The translations under genes were made by a program, and so were the position numbers. The notes below the pieces were generated by a model, which worked only from the letters and a program-made list of their open reading frames with translations, was not told the DNA's origin and ran no database searches. Shown piece after piece: positions 27,976 to 37,324 of a DNA stretch of 64,000 nucleotides (positions are counted from its first letter, which is position 1; each line of letters begins with the position of its first letter). The stretch is from Polyangiaceae bacterium (GTDB taxonomy: Bacteria > Myxococcota_A > Polyangia > Polyangiales > Polyangiaceae): positions 64,001-128,000 of the forward strand of contig JBILLK010000024.1 in NCBI GenBank assembly GCA_044376115.1, read 5' to 3'.

Positions 27976-29514
27976 ATGACCACTCTCACGCCACTCGCTC
28001 CCGGAGGACATCTCGGCCGCTACGAGCTGCTCACTCCGATCGCGCAAGGGGGCATGGCGACCGTATGGGCGGCTCGCCAATCGGGGCTGCACGGGTTCCG
28101 CAAGACCGTCGCGCTTAAGACGATGCTTCCGGCGTTGAGCCACGATCCGCAGTTCGAGCGGATGTTCCTGGCTGAAGCGCGGCTGGCGATGCGGGTGCAT
28201 CACCCCAACGTGGTTGAAACGCTCGATCTCGGGGAGGAAAACGGGCAGCTCTTTCTCGTGATGGAGTGGGTAGACGGCGAGTCGCTCTCGATGCTCATGA
28301 AGGCCATCGAGAACACCGAGGAGCGGTTCCCAATGCGGCTCGCGCTGGCCATCTGTGCGAAGGCTTGTCGCGGGCTCCATGCTGCGCATGAAGTAACCGA
28401 CGACGATGATCAACCCGTCGGGATCGTTCACCGCGACGTGTCGCCGCAGAACGTGATGATCAGCTACGACGGCCACGTGAAGGTGGTCGACTTCGGCGTG
28501 GCCAAGAGCCAGACGGAGCTCGGAGCAACGCAGGTTGGGCAGTTCAAAGGCAAGGTGCCGTACATGGCCCCCGAGCAAGCCGCAGGAGAAGCCATCGATC
28601 GTCGCACCGACATTTTCGCGATGGGCACGTTGCTCTATCGGCTCACCACCGGGAAGCACCCGTTCATCGGCGGGACAGAAGGCCTGACTATCGCCAACAT
28701 CGTCGGCGGGGTTACGCCCGCGCTGCCGAGCCACGTCAACTCGCAGTACCCGGTCGAGCTCGAGAAGATCGTGATGCGTTGTCTGGAGAAGGACCCAGCC
28801 AAACGCTTCGGCGACATGGCGAAGTTGGCCCAGAGCCTGGACCAAGTGCTCCTGACCCTGGGCGCGCCGGTCGCAGATGACGAGCTCAGCGCTTGCGCCA
28901 AACGTTACCTCGGTGAGATGCGTAAGCAGCGCAGGACCGCGATGCGCGACGCAGCCCGTGCGCTCGGCTGGGCCCTGGCAACGAGTGATTCGTTGCCGCG
29001 CATTTCGATGCCCGGTCCGCACTCGATGACACCGAGCAGTCCATCATTCGTCAGTAACTCGAAGGTGTCGTTCACGCCGAGCCTGACCGGAACGGGCAGT
29101 CTGAGTCATGTCGTGAGTGCGCCGCCCAGCGCCCGTAGCCAACAACCAGGGCCGCGCCGCAATCTGCTTTTGCCACTGGCGCTCTTGGCAGGCGCTGCCG
29201 TTGGTGGCGTGGTGCTCGCCTTCGTCGTCTCGAGGAACGCTGGGTCGGAGACGGCCCCTCCAGCGGCGGCCACACCACAACAGCCGGCTTCCACGAACGT
29301 CCCAGCGCAGACGACGACGGCAGCCCCGCCAAAAGAACTGCCCGCTCCGACCGCTACGCCCGGGGCCCAACCTGATTCGCCGAGTGCAAACGCTAGCGCG
29401 CAAACTTCATCTCACAGCCCCAAGCCGTCCAACGCCGGAAGGCCCCTCCCAAAGCCTGCTCAGCCCACGAGCAAACCTCAGAGTTGGGGCGCAGGGCCTG
29501 ACCTAGGTTTTTAA
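27976..29514 (+). CDS. Transmembrane Ser/Thr protein kinase
   Basis: AQGGMA, VALK, HRDVSPQN, DFG, GKVPYMAPE; TM helix then Pro-rich tail ending WGAGPDLGF. Confidence 0.96.
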   Translation: MTTLTPLAPGGHLGRYELLTPIAQGGMATVWAARQSGLHGFRKTVALKTMLPALSHDPQFERMFLAEARLAMRVHHPNVVETLDLGEENGQLFLVMEWVDGESLSMLMKAIENTEERFPMRLALAICAKACRGLHAAHEVTDDDDQPVGIVHRDVSPQNVMISYDGHVKVVDFGVAKSQTELGATQVGQFKGKVPYMAPEQAAGEAIDRRTDIFAMGTLLYRLTTGKHPFIGGTEGLTIANIVGGVTPALPSHVNSQYPVELEKIVMRCLEKDPAKRFGDMAKLAQSLDQVLLTLGAPVADDELSACAKRYLGEMRKQRRTAMRDAARALGWALATSDSLPRISMPGPHSMTPSSPSFVSNSKVSFTPSLTGTGSLSHVVSAPPSARSQQPGPRRNLLLPLALLAGAAVGGVVLAFVVSRNAGSETAPPAAATPQQPASTNVPAQTTTAAPPKELPAPTATPGAQPDSPSANASAQTSSHSPKPSNAGRPLPKPAQPTSKPQSWGAGPDLGF

Positions 29515-29633
29515 CCACTAGGCGCGGGCTCAGGTCCACTGCGCAGGGCTACGCACAGCTCCCACCTACCTGAGTTCTCAAGTCCTCAAACGTTGAGCCG
29601 TCAACAATAAACGGGTAAGGTTGTCAACACACG

Positions 29634-31100
29634 ATGGCGCAATCACAACCGTTTGGTACCAGCGAAGAAACAATGGCGGCGCCGTTGCGAGTCGGTCCGA
29701 ACGAGAGCGTGCCGGCCTTGTCAACGGGTGACATCGTCGCTGGCCGCTATGAAATTGATGGGTTGGCTGGAGATGGCGGCATGGCTGTCGTCTTTAGCGC
29801 GCGGCATGTTCACCTCAACGAGCGCTTCGCCGTCAAAGTGCTTCGTCCGGCCTACGCGGCAAACCCGAACATAGTTTCAAGATTTTTGCAGGAGGCTCGC
29901 GCGGCCGCGCAGCTGCGCAGTGACTACGTCTGTCGCGTGTTTGACGTCGGCATTCACCAAGACATGCCGTACATCGTCATGGAGCTCTTGGAAGGAGAGG
30001 ACCTGCGGGACTATCTGCACCGCGTTCAAACCGCCTCCGCTGAAGACGCTGTCGAGTTCATCATTCAGGCGTGTGAAGGGCTCGCAGAAGCACACGCAGC
30101 GGGCCTCGTCCACCGCGACATCAAGCCGGAGAACCTCTTTCTCACAGTCCGTCGGGACGGCTGGAGAACCGTCAAGCTGCTCGACTTCGGGATCTCCAAG
30201 CTGATCGATCCGGAGACGCTCAACACCACGCTCCGGCGCCACGTCGACACCAAGGACCTGCTCGGAACTCCGCATTACATGGCTCCAGAGTGCATCCGCA
30301 GCAGCAAAGACGCGGGCCCCATGTCGGACATTTGGGCGATGGGCGTCGTGCTCTATGAGCTCTTGTCCGGCAAGCTACCCTTCCCAGGAACGACGGTCAC
30401 CGAGATCTCGGCTTCGATCTTGGAGACCGAGCCGGAGAGCCTGTTGGCGATCAACCCGGAGTTGCCTCCGGAGCTCGTTGAGTTGGTGCACTGGTGTTTG
30501 GCCAAGCAGCCCGAGCTGCGGGTCACCTCAGCGAGCGAGCTAGCGGTTCAACTGTTGCCCTTTGCCCCTCGCCGCTCTCGAGCCGTGGTGGAACGCATGC
30601 AATCCTTGGCTAAAGCCCAAGGAGAAGTGTTCGACATTCCGCCCTCAGGCTTCCCTCCCCCGCCAGACGCTCCGACCTCGGTGCTCAACCCCGTAGCAAG
30701 CACCCCGGCTAGCGCGCCAGAGCCGCGCTCGACAGCGTCGATCATGTGGTGGGCGTTATCGGCCGTGTTGGCCTTCGCCATCGCTGGCACCATCACCTAT
30801 ATGAGCGTCAAGCGCGGTGATTCGAAAGTGGCCGTGCCGGTGTCGACGGCGGAAACAGCCGCAGCCACCGAAGACGCACCGCCGCCCCAAGCGCCCGCTG
30901 CATCGACGCAGAACCCAGGCGGGTCGCCGACCCCGCGCGTCGAATCACCGCCGCCTCCGGCGCCCACCGTCGAGGAGCCCAAGCCAGAACCGCGGGCCGG
31001 TGCAAAACCGAGCAAGCCGCAACCACAGCCTGTTGCAAAGCCCGCCACGCCGAAGCCAGCTTCAACCTCCTGGCAAACCGGGCCCGACCTCGGCTTTTAA
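29634..31100 (+). CDS. Transmembrane Ser/Thr protein kinase
   Basis: GDGGMA, AVK, HRDIKPEN, DFG, GTPHYMAPE; TM helix then Pro-rich tail ending WQTGPDLGF. Confidence 0.96.
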   Translation: MAQSQPFGTSEETMAAPLRVGPNESVPALSTGDIVAGRYEIDGLAGDGGMAVVFSARHVHLNERFAVKVLRPAYAANPNIVSRFLQEARAAAQLRSDYVCRVFDVGIHQDMPYIVMELLEGEDLRDYLHRVQTASAEDAVEFIIQACEGLAEAHAAGLVHRDIKPENLFLTVRRDGWRTVKLLDFGISKLIDPETLNTTLRRHVDTKDLLGTPHYMAPECIRSSKDAGPMSDIWAMGVVLYELLSGKLPFPGTTVTEISASILETEPESLLAINPELPPELVELVHWCLAKQPELRVTSASELAVQLLPFAPRRSRAVVERMQSLAKAQGEVFDIPPSGFPPPPDAPTSVLNPVASTPASAPEPRSTASIMWWALSAVLAFAIAGTITYMSVKRGDSKVAVPVSTAETAAATEDAPPPQAPAASTQNPGGSPTPRVESPPPPAPTVEEPKPEPRAGAKPSKPQPQPVAKPATPKPASTSWQTGPDLGF

Positions 31101-32374
31101 GCCCGCTGCTGTGTCGTGCGGATCCAAAGGATCTCGACGACCATCGTCGTTAGCGCGATAGCGCCCCAGACCAGCGGCGCAACGCCCAGCGCGTGCATGA
31201 ACGCGCCGCCGCATATCAACGTAGCGAGCATCAAGCTCAGCAGCCAAGCACGGCTCGCCAGCGTCATCGGCGCCGGGGCGGGCGTCTTGAGTACCCAGGC
31301 AAAGGCGTTGACCAGGCGAATCGAGGCCCGGCCGAGTGGGTCGCCGACCCAGCGCCACAAGGTCCCGCCGGCTTGAATCGCGGTTACTCGTTGCGCCCGC
31401 GCGATGTGGTTGGCAATCCAACGTTCGCTTTGCTGCGCTACTTCGCCGACCTCGGCCTCGACCAGGACCTCCATGTTGGTCATCGATAGCGGGTCAAGGT
31501 TGAAGCTACCCACAAGCAGCAGTTGGCCGTCGAAGACGCCCACCTTGGCGTGCAATACCGAGGCACGCCATTCGTAGATGGTCACCCCGGCAGGCAACAA
31601 CTGATGATAGAGGCTGCGGGTGGCCGCGCGCGCCAGCGGGATATCGCTTCGACCGGCCAGCAGCAGCACGACCTCGACGCCGCGAGCGCGAGCGGCAAGC
31701 AAGGCGCGAATCATTCCGGCGTCAGGCAGGAAGTAGCCGTGGGCGAGCGTGATACGCCGCTCGGCTTGCTGCACCGCTAACATATAGCGACGGCGCAGTT
31801 GGTATCCGCGGCCCAGCGCCGATAGATAGATACGCAAAGGCCCCTCTCGCAACAATGCGCGAAGGGCGTTTCGTCTCGCTCCCTCGTTCACCCCCGCGCG
31901 CAGCCACTGGCCCAATCGGAGGCACTGAGGGCCCCGCAGTTCAACCGCTACATCGGCCCAACCACGGTGCCCCTTCGCGCTGAGGTTCTCGTCGCCGATG
32001 TTGATACCGCCGAGGATGGCGACCTCGTCATCCACGAGCAAAAGCTTGCGATGGTTGCGCCCAAACTTACCGAGGAACAAGGCCAGTAGGCGATGGTGCA
32101 CCGACGCCGTGCAGCCCATCTTGCGCAGCGTTGCTACGAGCGAAAGGCCAAAGCGAGCCGAGCCCCAGCCGTCCACCGAGACCTCCACCTTCACCCCGCG
32201 CGCAGCGGCAGCCCCGAGCGCCGCGAGAAATAGCTGGCCCACGCCCACGGAGGAGAACGCGTACACCTCGAGGTGCACGCGGCTGCGCGCCAACGCAATG
32301 GCGCGTAACATACGTGGGTAGGTCTTGGCGCCGCCGTCGAGCAAAACCACCGTTTCGCTCGGCGATTGCTTCAC
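31097..32374 (-). CDS. Cardiolipin synthase ClsB-like phospholipase D
   Basis: Two HxKxxxxD motifs (HRKLLLVD...GGIN; HAKVGVFD...GSFN); no N-terminal TM; extra hydrophobic C-terminal segment. Confidence 0.88.
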   Translation of the reverse strand: MKQSPSETVVLLDGGAKTYPRMLRAIALARSRVHLEVYAFSSVGVGQLFLAALGAAAARGVKVEVSVDGWGSARFGLSLVATLRKMGCTASVHHRLLALFLGKFGRNHRKLLLVDDEVAILGGINIGDENLSAKGHRGWADVAVELRGPQCLRLGQWLRAGVNEGARRNALRALLREGPLRIYLSALGRGYQLRRRYMLAVQQAERRITLAHGYFLPDAGMIRALLAARARGVEVVLLLAGRSDIPLARAATRSLYHQLLPAGVTIYEWRASVLHAKVGVFDGQLLLVGSFNLDPLSMTNMEVLVEAEVGEVAQQSERWIANHIARAQRVTAIQAGGTLWRWVGDPLGRASIRLVNAFAWVLKTPAPAPMTLASRAWLLSLMLATLICGGAFMHALGVAPLVWGAIALTTMVVEILWIRTTQQRA

Positions 32375-33084
32375 TCAGCGACCAATTGAGGGACGTCCAC
32401 GAGCACGGCCTCCGCCGAGCTCAAAGCGGTAATGGATAACGAACGTTCCCCAAGCATGCCGAGGCCATCGCCTGCCGACAGTACGTAGCCAGCGACTGAC
32501 ACTTGGCCCGCAACGAGCTGCAACCAAACCGTGCGCTCCGGCGCCAGCTCGTGAATCACATGCTGACCGGCATCGAGCAGCGTTGAAAACACCAGCGCTG
32601 AATGCTGAATTCGTAAGGACTCTTGACGACCGTCCGGCGACGCCACCGGACACAACCGACCTCGACGCGATGAAACGCCCACCAGGCACTGCTGGGCTCC
32701 GGGCTTGAGCACGACTTTGGAGTGGTTCAGCCCGATGCGAAGAATATGAGCGTCCTCTTTCTCCGAGGCGTTCGTTCGAACGAGGCGCTCTCCGGGCCTA
32801 GTTACGCGCCGTTGCCACTCCCCGCCAGAAAGCAGGCCTGCTCCGCCATGCGAATCACGGTAGGAGAGTGCGCCCTCGCGTACATAGGTAATGACCTCCG
32901 TGGCCTCCTCGTTACCGACCATGAGGTCCTCTCCGGGAGGGAGCTTGACCTCCTCGAGGAAGGTCACACAGCCGACGCTAATCGGCTCCGCAGACATCTT
33001 GGGCTGCGGCAAGCTTCGCCACAGACGCTGCTTGCGCCTTGTCTCACAGCTACGCTCCGCCGAACGAAGCAGCGTGGTTACCAC
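32371..33084 (-). CDS. Pirin-like (YhhW-type) cupin lacking metal ligands
   Basis: EVITYVREGAL..RDSHG, VASPDGRQESLRIQ, WLQLVAGQV...LSAGDG. Start inferred (GTG 33084 or 33111). Confidence 0.8.
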   Translation of the reverse strand: MVTTLLRSAERSCETRRKQRLWRSLPQPKMSAEPISVGCVTFLEEVKLPPGEDLMVGNEEATEVITYVREGALSYRDSHGGAGLLSGGEWQRRVTRPGERLVRTNASEKEDAHILRIGLNHSKVVLKPGAQQCLVGVSSRRGRLCPVASPDGRQESLRIQHSALVFSTLLDAGQHVIHELAPERTVWLQLVAGQVSVAGYVLSAGDGLGMLGERSLSITALSSAEAVLVDVPQLVAE

Positions 33085-33100
33085 GGGACGAGGTGCGAGT

Positions 33101-33274
33101 TCACATCGCACCGAACCAACGGGTAGCGGCCATAATCATCAGCGAACGCGTTTGTCGTTCGAGGAGCTTCTCCGCTTCAACCACCTGCGGCTCGGGCGGA
33201 GCCTTCTCGCTTGGATCGACGAGGGGAGCGCCGTCCCGCGCACTCGCGTGCGGGTCCGCGCTGGGCTCACTCAT
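33101..33274 (-). CDS. 57-aa small ORF coupled to groEL
   Basis: Below the ORF-track cutoff. ATG overlaps the groEL stop (ATGAGTGA), with a G-rich [59 protein letters not shown]. Confidence 0.5.
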   Translation of the reverse strand: MSEPSADPHASARDGAPLVDPSEKAPPEPQVVEAEKLLERQTRSLMIMAATRWFGAM

Positions 33275-34868
33275 AAGCGCTCGCCCCCCCTTCCGGAGCC
33301 ACCACGAGCGAGGTGATCATGGCCTGCGTGGTAAGCATCAACGCGGTCACCGAAGCTGCGTTCTCGAGCGCCACACGCACGACCTTGGTTGGGTCAATCA
33401 CCCCAGCAGCGATCAAGTCTTGATATTGCTCGGTTGCTACGTTGTAGCCCAAAGCACCATTTCGCACCTTGTCGACCACCACCGCGCCGGAGACGCCGCC
33501 GTTCTCGGCGAGCTGACGTAGCGGCTCCTCGAGCGCTCGCATCACCAGGTTTACCCCGTATTGTTGCTCGCCTGGTAATCGCAATAGCGCGAGCGCTGGC
33601 AAGGTACGCAAGAGCGCCACACCCCCGCCCGAAACCACGCCTTCAGCGATCGCTGCGCGCACGGCGTGAAGCGCATCCTCCACGCGAAACTTCTTCTCCT
33701 TGAGTTCGGTCTCGGTGAAAGCGCCTATCGAGAGCACGGCCACGCTTCCACGCAACTTTGCCAGCCGTGTCTCGAGCTTCTCCTTATCGTACTTGGAAGC
33801 TTCCTCCGTGAGCTGGTGGCTGAGCTGCTTGATACGCCCCGCCAGCTCGAGCGCACTACCACCAGCTTCGACGATGGTCGTGTGGTCCTTATCGATCCGC
33901 ACGCTCTTCGCGCTCCCCAATTGGGTTAGGGCCACGTTTTCGAGGGAGGTCCCCAGCTCGTCAAAGAGCGCCTGCCCGCCGCACAAAACCGCGAGATCTT
34001 CGAGCAACAGCCGCTGCTGTTCGCCGTACCCTGGAGTCTTAACGGCACACACCTTGAGTGTTCCGCGCAGCTTATTGACCAGCAACGCCGCCAGCGCCTC
34101 CCCTTCGATGTCATCCGCCATCACCAGCAATGGCCTGTTTGCGGCCATCACCAGTTCGAGCAAAGGCATCAGCTCCGCGAGCTGCGAGAGCTTACGACCA
34201 CAAAACAAGATCAGCGGATTGTCGAGTACGACCTCGAGCCGCGCTTGATCGGTAATGAAGTAGGGAGACAAGTAGCCGCGGTCGAGCTGCACGCCCTCCA
34301 CAATCGTTAGCGTCGTCGTCACCGACTGCGCCTCCTCGACCAAAATGACGCCAGTGTTCCCGACCTTCTCCATGGCATCGGCGATCAGGTTGCCTATCGT
34401 ACTGTCGCCGTTGGCGCTGATCGTGGCGATGCGAGCGATGTCGCTTTTGCCCTTGATCGGCTGGGAAGCGCTTCCGAGCTCACGCACCACGCACTGCACC
34501 GCGGCTTCGATGCCTCGCTTGAGGTCCATCGGATTGATGCCAGCACTGACCAATTTGACGCCCTCACGAAACAGCGCCTGCGCGAGCACGGTAGCCGTAG
34601 TCGTGCCATCACCAGCGATCTCAGCCGTCTTCGCAGCAACCTCCTTCACCATCTGCGCGCCAAGGTTGGCCGCTCGATCCGCGAGCTCAATCGGAGCCGC
34701 GACCGAGGCCCCGTCTTTGGTAACCGTGGGAGGTCCGTACGGAGCCTCCAGCAGCACGTTGCGGCCCTTGGGTCCGAGGGTGACCTTTACTGCGTCGGCT
34801 AGACTGTCCAGGCCCCACAAGAGCTCGTTGCGCGCGACGCTGTCATAGAGAATGCCCTTAGCCCCCAT
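33267..34868 (-). CDS. groEL: Chaperonin GroEL, divergent paralog with no adjacent groES
   Basis: [52 protein letters not shown]. Lacks the GGM tail. Confidence 0.97.
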   Translation of the reverse strand: MGAKGILYDSVARNELLWGLDSLADAVKVTLGPKGRNVLLEAPYGPPTVTKDGASVAAPIELADRAANLGAQMVKEVAAKTAEIAGDGTTTATVLAQALFREGVKLVSAGINPMDLKRGIEAAVQCVVRELGSASQPIKGKSDIARIATISANGDSTIGNLIADAMEKVGNTGVILVEEAQSVTTTLTIVEGVQLDRGYLSPYFITDQARLEVVLDNPLILFCGRKLSQLAELMPLLELVMAANRPLLVMADDIEGEALAALLVNKLRGTLKVCAVKTPGYGEQQRLLLEDLAVLCGGQALFDELGTSLENVALTQLGSAKSVRIDKDHTTIVEAGGSALELAGRIKQLSHQLTEEASKYDKEKLETRLAKLRGSVAVLSIGAFTETELKEKKFRVEDALHAVRAAIAEGVVSGGGVALLRTLPALALLRLPGEQQYGVNLVMRALEEPLRQLAENGGVSGAVVVDKVRNGALGYNVATEQYQDLIAAGVIDPTKVVRVALENAASVTALMLTTQAMITSLVVAPEGGASAYE

Positions 34869-35043
34869 GGACAACCTGCTTGCTCGTAGCGGCGGGAAGC
34901 CGGGTGCGCCAGATCAGGTGATTGACCGCACTGGTGGTTAGCCGCAATTGCTCCACCGGGTCATCAGTAAGAGTACGGGCATTGTCGAATAGGGTGACCA
35001 CCAGTTCCCCAAGGTCAGTACTGCGCACAGCTTGCTCGTTCAT
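34858..35043 (-). CDS. 61-aa small protein, first gene of the groEL operon
   Basis: [14 protein letters not shown] amphipathic helix; stop overlaps the groEL start; sits just downstream of a sigma54 motif. Confidence 0.6.
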   Translation of the reverse strand: MNEQAVRSTDLGELVVTLFDNARTLTDDPVEQLRLTTSAVNHLIWRTRLPAATSKQVVHGG

Positions 35044-35055
35044 TGAACATTACGT

Positions 35056-35072
35056 CGCAACATCCGAGCCAA
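35056..35072 (-). promoter_or_regulatory. Sigma54 -24/-12 promoter of the groEL operon
   Basis: Minus strand TTGGCTCGGATGTTGCG (GG-N10-GC), divergent from a bEBP gene. Confidence 0.75.
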
Positions 35073-35162
35073 GCCCGGCCTCGGTCGATTGTCGGTTATG
35101 TACCGCTTTGTTCCATCACGATGAAGTAGGGTCCCCCTTTCAAACCGACTGAGGGGTGGCCC

Positions 35163-36827
35163 ATGCGAGCCGATGAATTGGACCACGGAGAGCTGCTCGA
35201 GCTCGACTCGGACGCTGGATCGATAAAGTTTGCGGGCCAGCGAGCGATCATCGTCGACGCCGTTTCGATGGGGCTATTGCGCAAATATCTATTTGAGAAC
35301 TTTGGCGCCACGGCCGCGCGTACGGTGCTCACCCAGTTCGGCTTCTCGCAAGGGTGGCGGATGGCCGACGCGATGAAGGCGCAGTTTCATTGGAATTCGG
35401 AGGATGAATGGCGGTTTGCGAGCATGCGCCTCCACACCCTCGAGGGGCTCTTTCGTCTCGAGGTCGGAGGGACCCATCCGAGCTCGGAGAAGGGCGCGAT
35501 GCTGATTGGCTCTTACGAGGCTGAGCAACACTTATTGCACTTTGGCCGTTCAGAGACCCCCGTGTGCTGGACCATTACAGGATTGATAAGTGGGTATCTC
35601 AGCTTCGTCTCAGGCAAAGAGGTCTTCGCCTTGGAAGGTCGCTGCGCCGGGCGCGGGGATGCGGCTTGCCACATTATGGCCCGCTCACGAGAAGAATGGG
35701 GGCGCGAACGCGGGGAGGAGCTGCAGTTCTTTGAGCCTAAACGGCTCAAAGAATCCTTGGAAGTCTCGCTTCAACGGGTGATCGAGTCGTTGAAAGTCGC
35801 CGAGCGCAAGCTGCTCTCGCACAAGCGGGTCTTGGTGCGGCTGACGGATGGCGTTGAAGAGCCGCTAGGCATCGTGGCCGAGAGCTCGCTCATGCGCCAA
35901 TTACTGGATATTGCGCAACGTGTCGCCAAGGTGGACTCCACGGTGCTGATCACAGGGGAGAGCGGCTCTGGCAAGGAGCGGATCGCCCGCTTGGTGCACG
36001 ACGAATCAACCCGCGCGGCGGGCCCCTTCATCGCGGTCAATTGTGGCGCGATCAGTGAGACGCTGCTCGAGAGTGAACTCTTCGGTCATGCGCGCGGAGC
36101 CTTCACTGGCGCAACCCAAGATCGGCCCGGCCTGTTCGAGGCCGCCAATGGCGGAACGCTACTGCTCGACGAGGTTGGGGAGGTCTCACCGGGTATGCAG
36201 GTAAAGCTGCTGCGCGTGTTGCAAGAGCGAGAAGTGCGGCGCGTAGGCGAGAACAAGAGTCGGCGTATCGACGTCCGCGTGCTCGCAGCTACCAATCGCG
36301 AGCTAGCCCACGGCGTCGCTGGCGGCAGCTTCCGCCAAGACCTCTATTATCGACTCAAGGTCGTAGAGCTGCACGTCCCCTCTTTGCGTGAACGTCGAGA
36401 GGATCTACTTCCGCTAGCGCGCATCCTGTTGGCAGAGGCCGCCGTGCGCATGCGACGCAACATCGCCGGCCTCACGCCAGAGGCGGCCGATCAGCTGCTG
36501 CGCTACGTCTGGCCCGGCAACGTCCGCGAGCTCGAAAACGCAATGGAGCGTGCGGTGGCGTTAGCGCGTGGTACGCGGGTAGAGCTCGAGGACTTGCCCG
36601 AGGAGGTGCGCGAGGTAAAAACAAAGCCCGAGATCACCTTGGGCAGCGTCAGGCCGCTCTCTGACGTAGAGAAGGAATACATCCTAGCGGCGCTACAGGT
36701 CAATCTGGGCAACCAGACCCGCACCGCCGAACAATTGCAGATCGGCTCGGCGACGCTCTATCGCAAGTTGAAGGGCTGGGGCGTATTGAGCAAACAACAG
36801 TCCTCGACCAACAAGGCCGAGGACTGA
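35163..36827 (+). CDS. Sigma54-dependent enhancer-binding protein (XylR_N + V4R + AAA+ + Fis HTH)
   Basis: YEAEQH, V4R Zn ligands (PVCW...E.RC...AC), [36 protein letters not shown]. Confidence 0.96.
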   Translation: MRADELDHGELLELDSDAGSIKFAGQRAIIVDAVSMGLLRKYLFENFGATAARTVLTQFGFSQGWRMADAMKAQFHWNSEDEWRFASMRLHTLEGLFRLEVGGTHPSSEKGAMLIGSYEAEQHLLHFGRSETPVCWTITGLISGYLSFVSGKEVFALEGRCAGRGDAACHIMARSREEWGRERGEELQFFEPKRLKESLEVSLQRVIESLKVAERKLLSHKRVLVRLTDGVEEPLGIVAESSLMRQLLDIAQRVAKVDSTVLITGESGSGKERIARLVHDESTRAAGPFIAVNCGAISETLLESELFGHARGAFTGATQDRPGLFEAANGGTLLLDEVGEVSPGMQVKLLRVLQEREVRRVGENKSRRIDVRVLAATNRELAHGVAGGSFRQDLYYRLKVVELHVPSLRERREDLLPLARILLAEAAVRMRRNIAGLTPEAADQLLRYVWPGNVRELENAMERAVALARGTRVELEDLPEEVREVKTKPEITLGSVRPLSDVEKEYILAALQVNLGNQTRTAEQLQIGSATLYRKLKGWGVLSKQQSSTNKAED

Positions 36828-36836
36828 ACGTCAGAG

Positions 36837-37112
36837 CTAGTTATCTATCGACGCCGGCGGGACCAACTTGGTCCAGCAATGCCCGCACACGGAAGCTGCG
36901 CGCATACCAAAGTAGGAGCAATTGGGGCATTGGCGCAGCTCCGGCTCCGGACCGAGCGCAAGCTGCGTTACTAGGCTAGAGAATGAGGCCTGAAGCGACT
37001 TGGTAAGAACCGCGTCGCTGGGCAGCTCGTGCAGGGCCTTCTCAATGGAGCTTACCGTCGCGCGGAGCCGCGAGCGCTCCGGATCGGGACCGAAAAACAG
37101 TCGTGTAGACAT
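36837..37112 (-). CDS. Small protein with C-terminal zinc ribbon
   Basis: LALGPEPELRQCPNC...MRAASVCGHCWTKL. Confidence 0.7.
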   Translation of the reverse strand: MSTRLFFGPDPERSRLRATVSSIEKALHELPSDAVLTKSLQASFSSLVTQLALGPEPELRQCPNCSYFGMRAASVCGHCWTKLVPPASIDN

Positions 37113-37268
37113 GGCTGTGCCTTGGCGGAGGAAAACCCCGCCAGCTCTCCGCCGAGGTCCAATGGTTGGTCGCGTTGCGATGAGGCTCTGCGCGACCAAA
37201 GAGACCCTAGCACGCCCCTCCAACTTGCGTTCGTTTAACGACGGCTGAGCGACAAACCGCGGCTCCAC

Positions 37269-37302
37269 AAACGAAAAGAGGCCGCTCTCTCGAGCAGCCT
37301 CT
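37269..37302 (-). terminator. Intrinsic terminator of the OmpA/TraB-like gene
   Basis: Minus strand AGAGGCTGCTC-GAGA-GAGCGGCCTCT followed by TTTCGTTT. Confidence 0.8.
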
Positions 37303-37324
37303 CTCCTTAGCCCATTAGCGTGGA

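Noticed and set aside
29493..29537. Extended hairpin over the first kinase stop codon
   Set aside because: Irregular stem with no U-tract; cannot be supported as a terminator or ncRNA.
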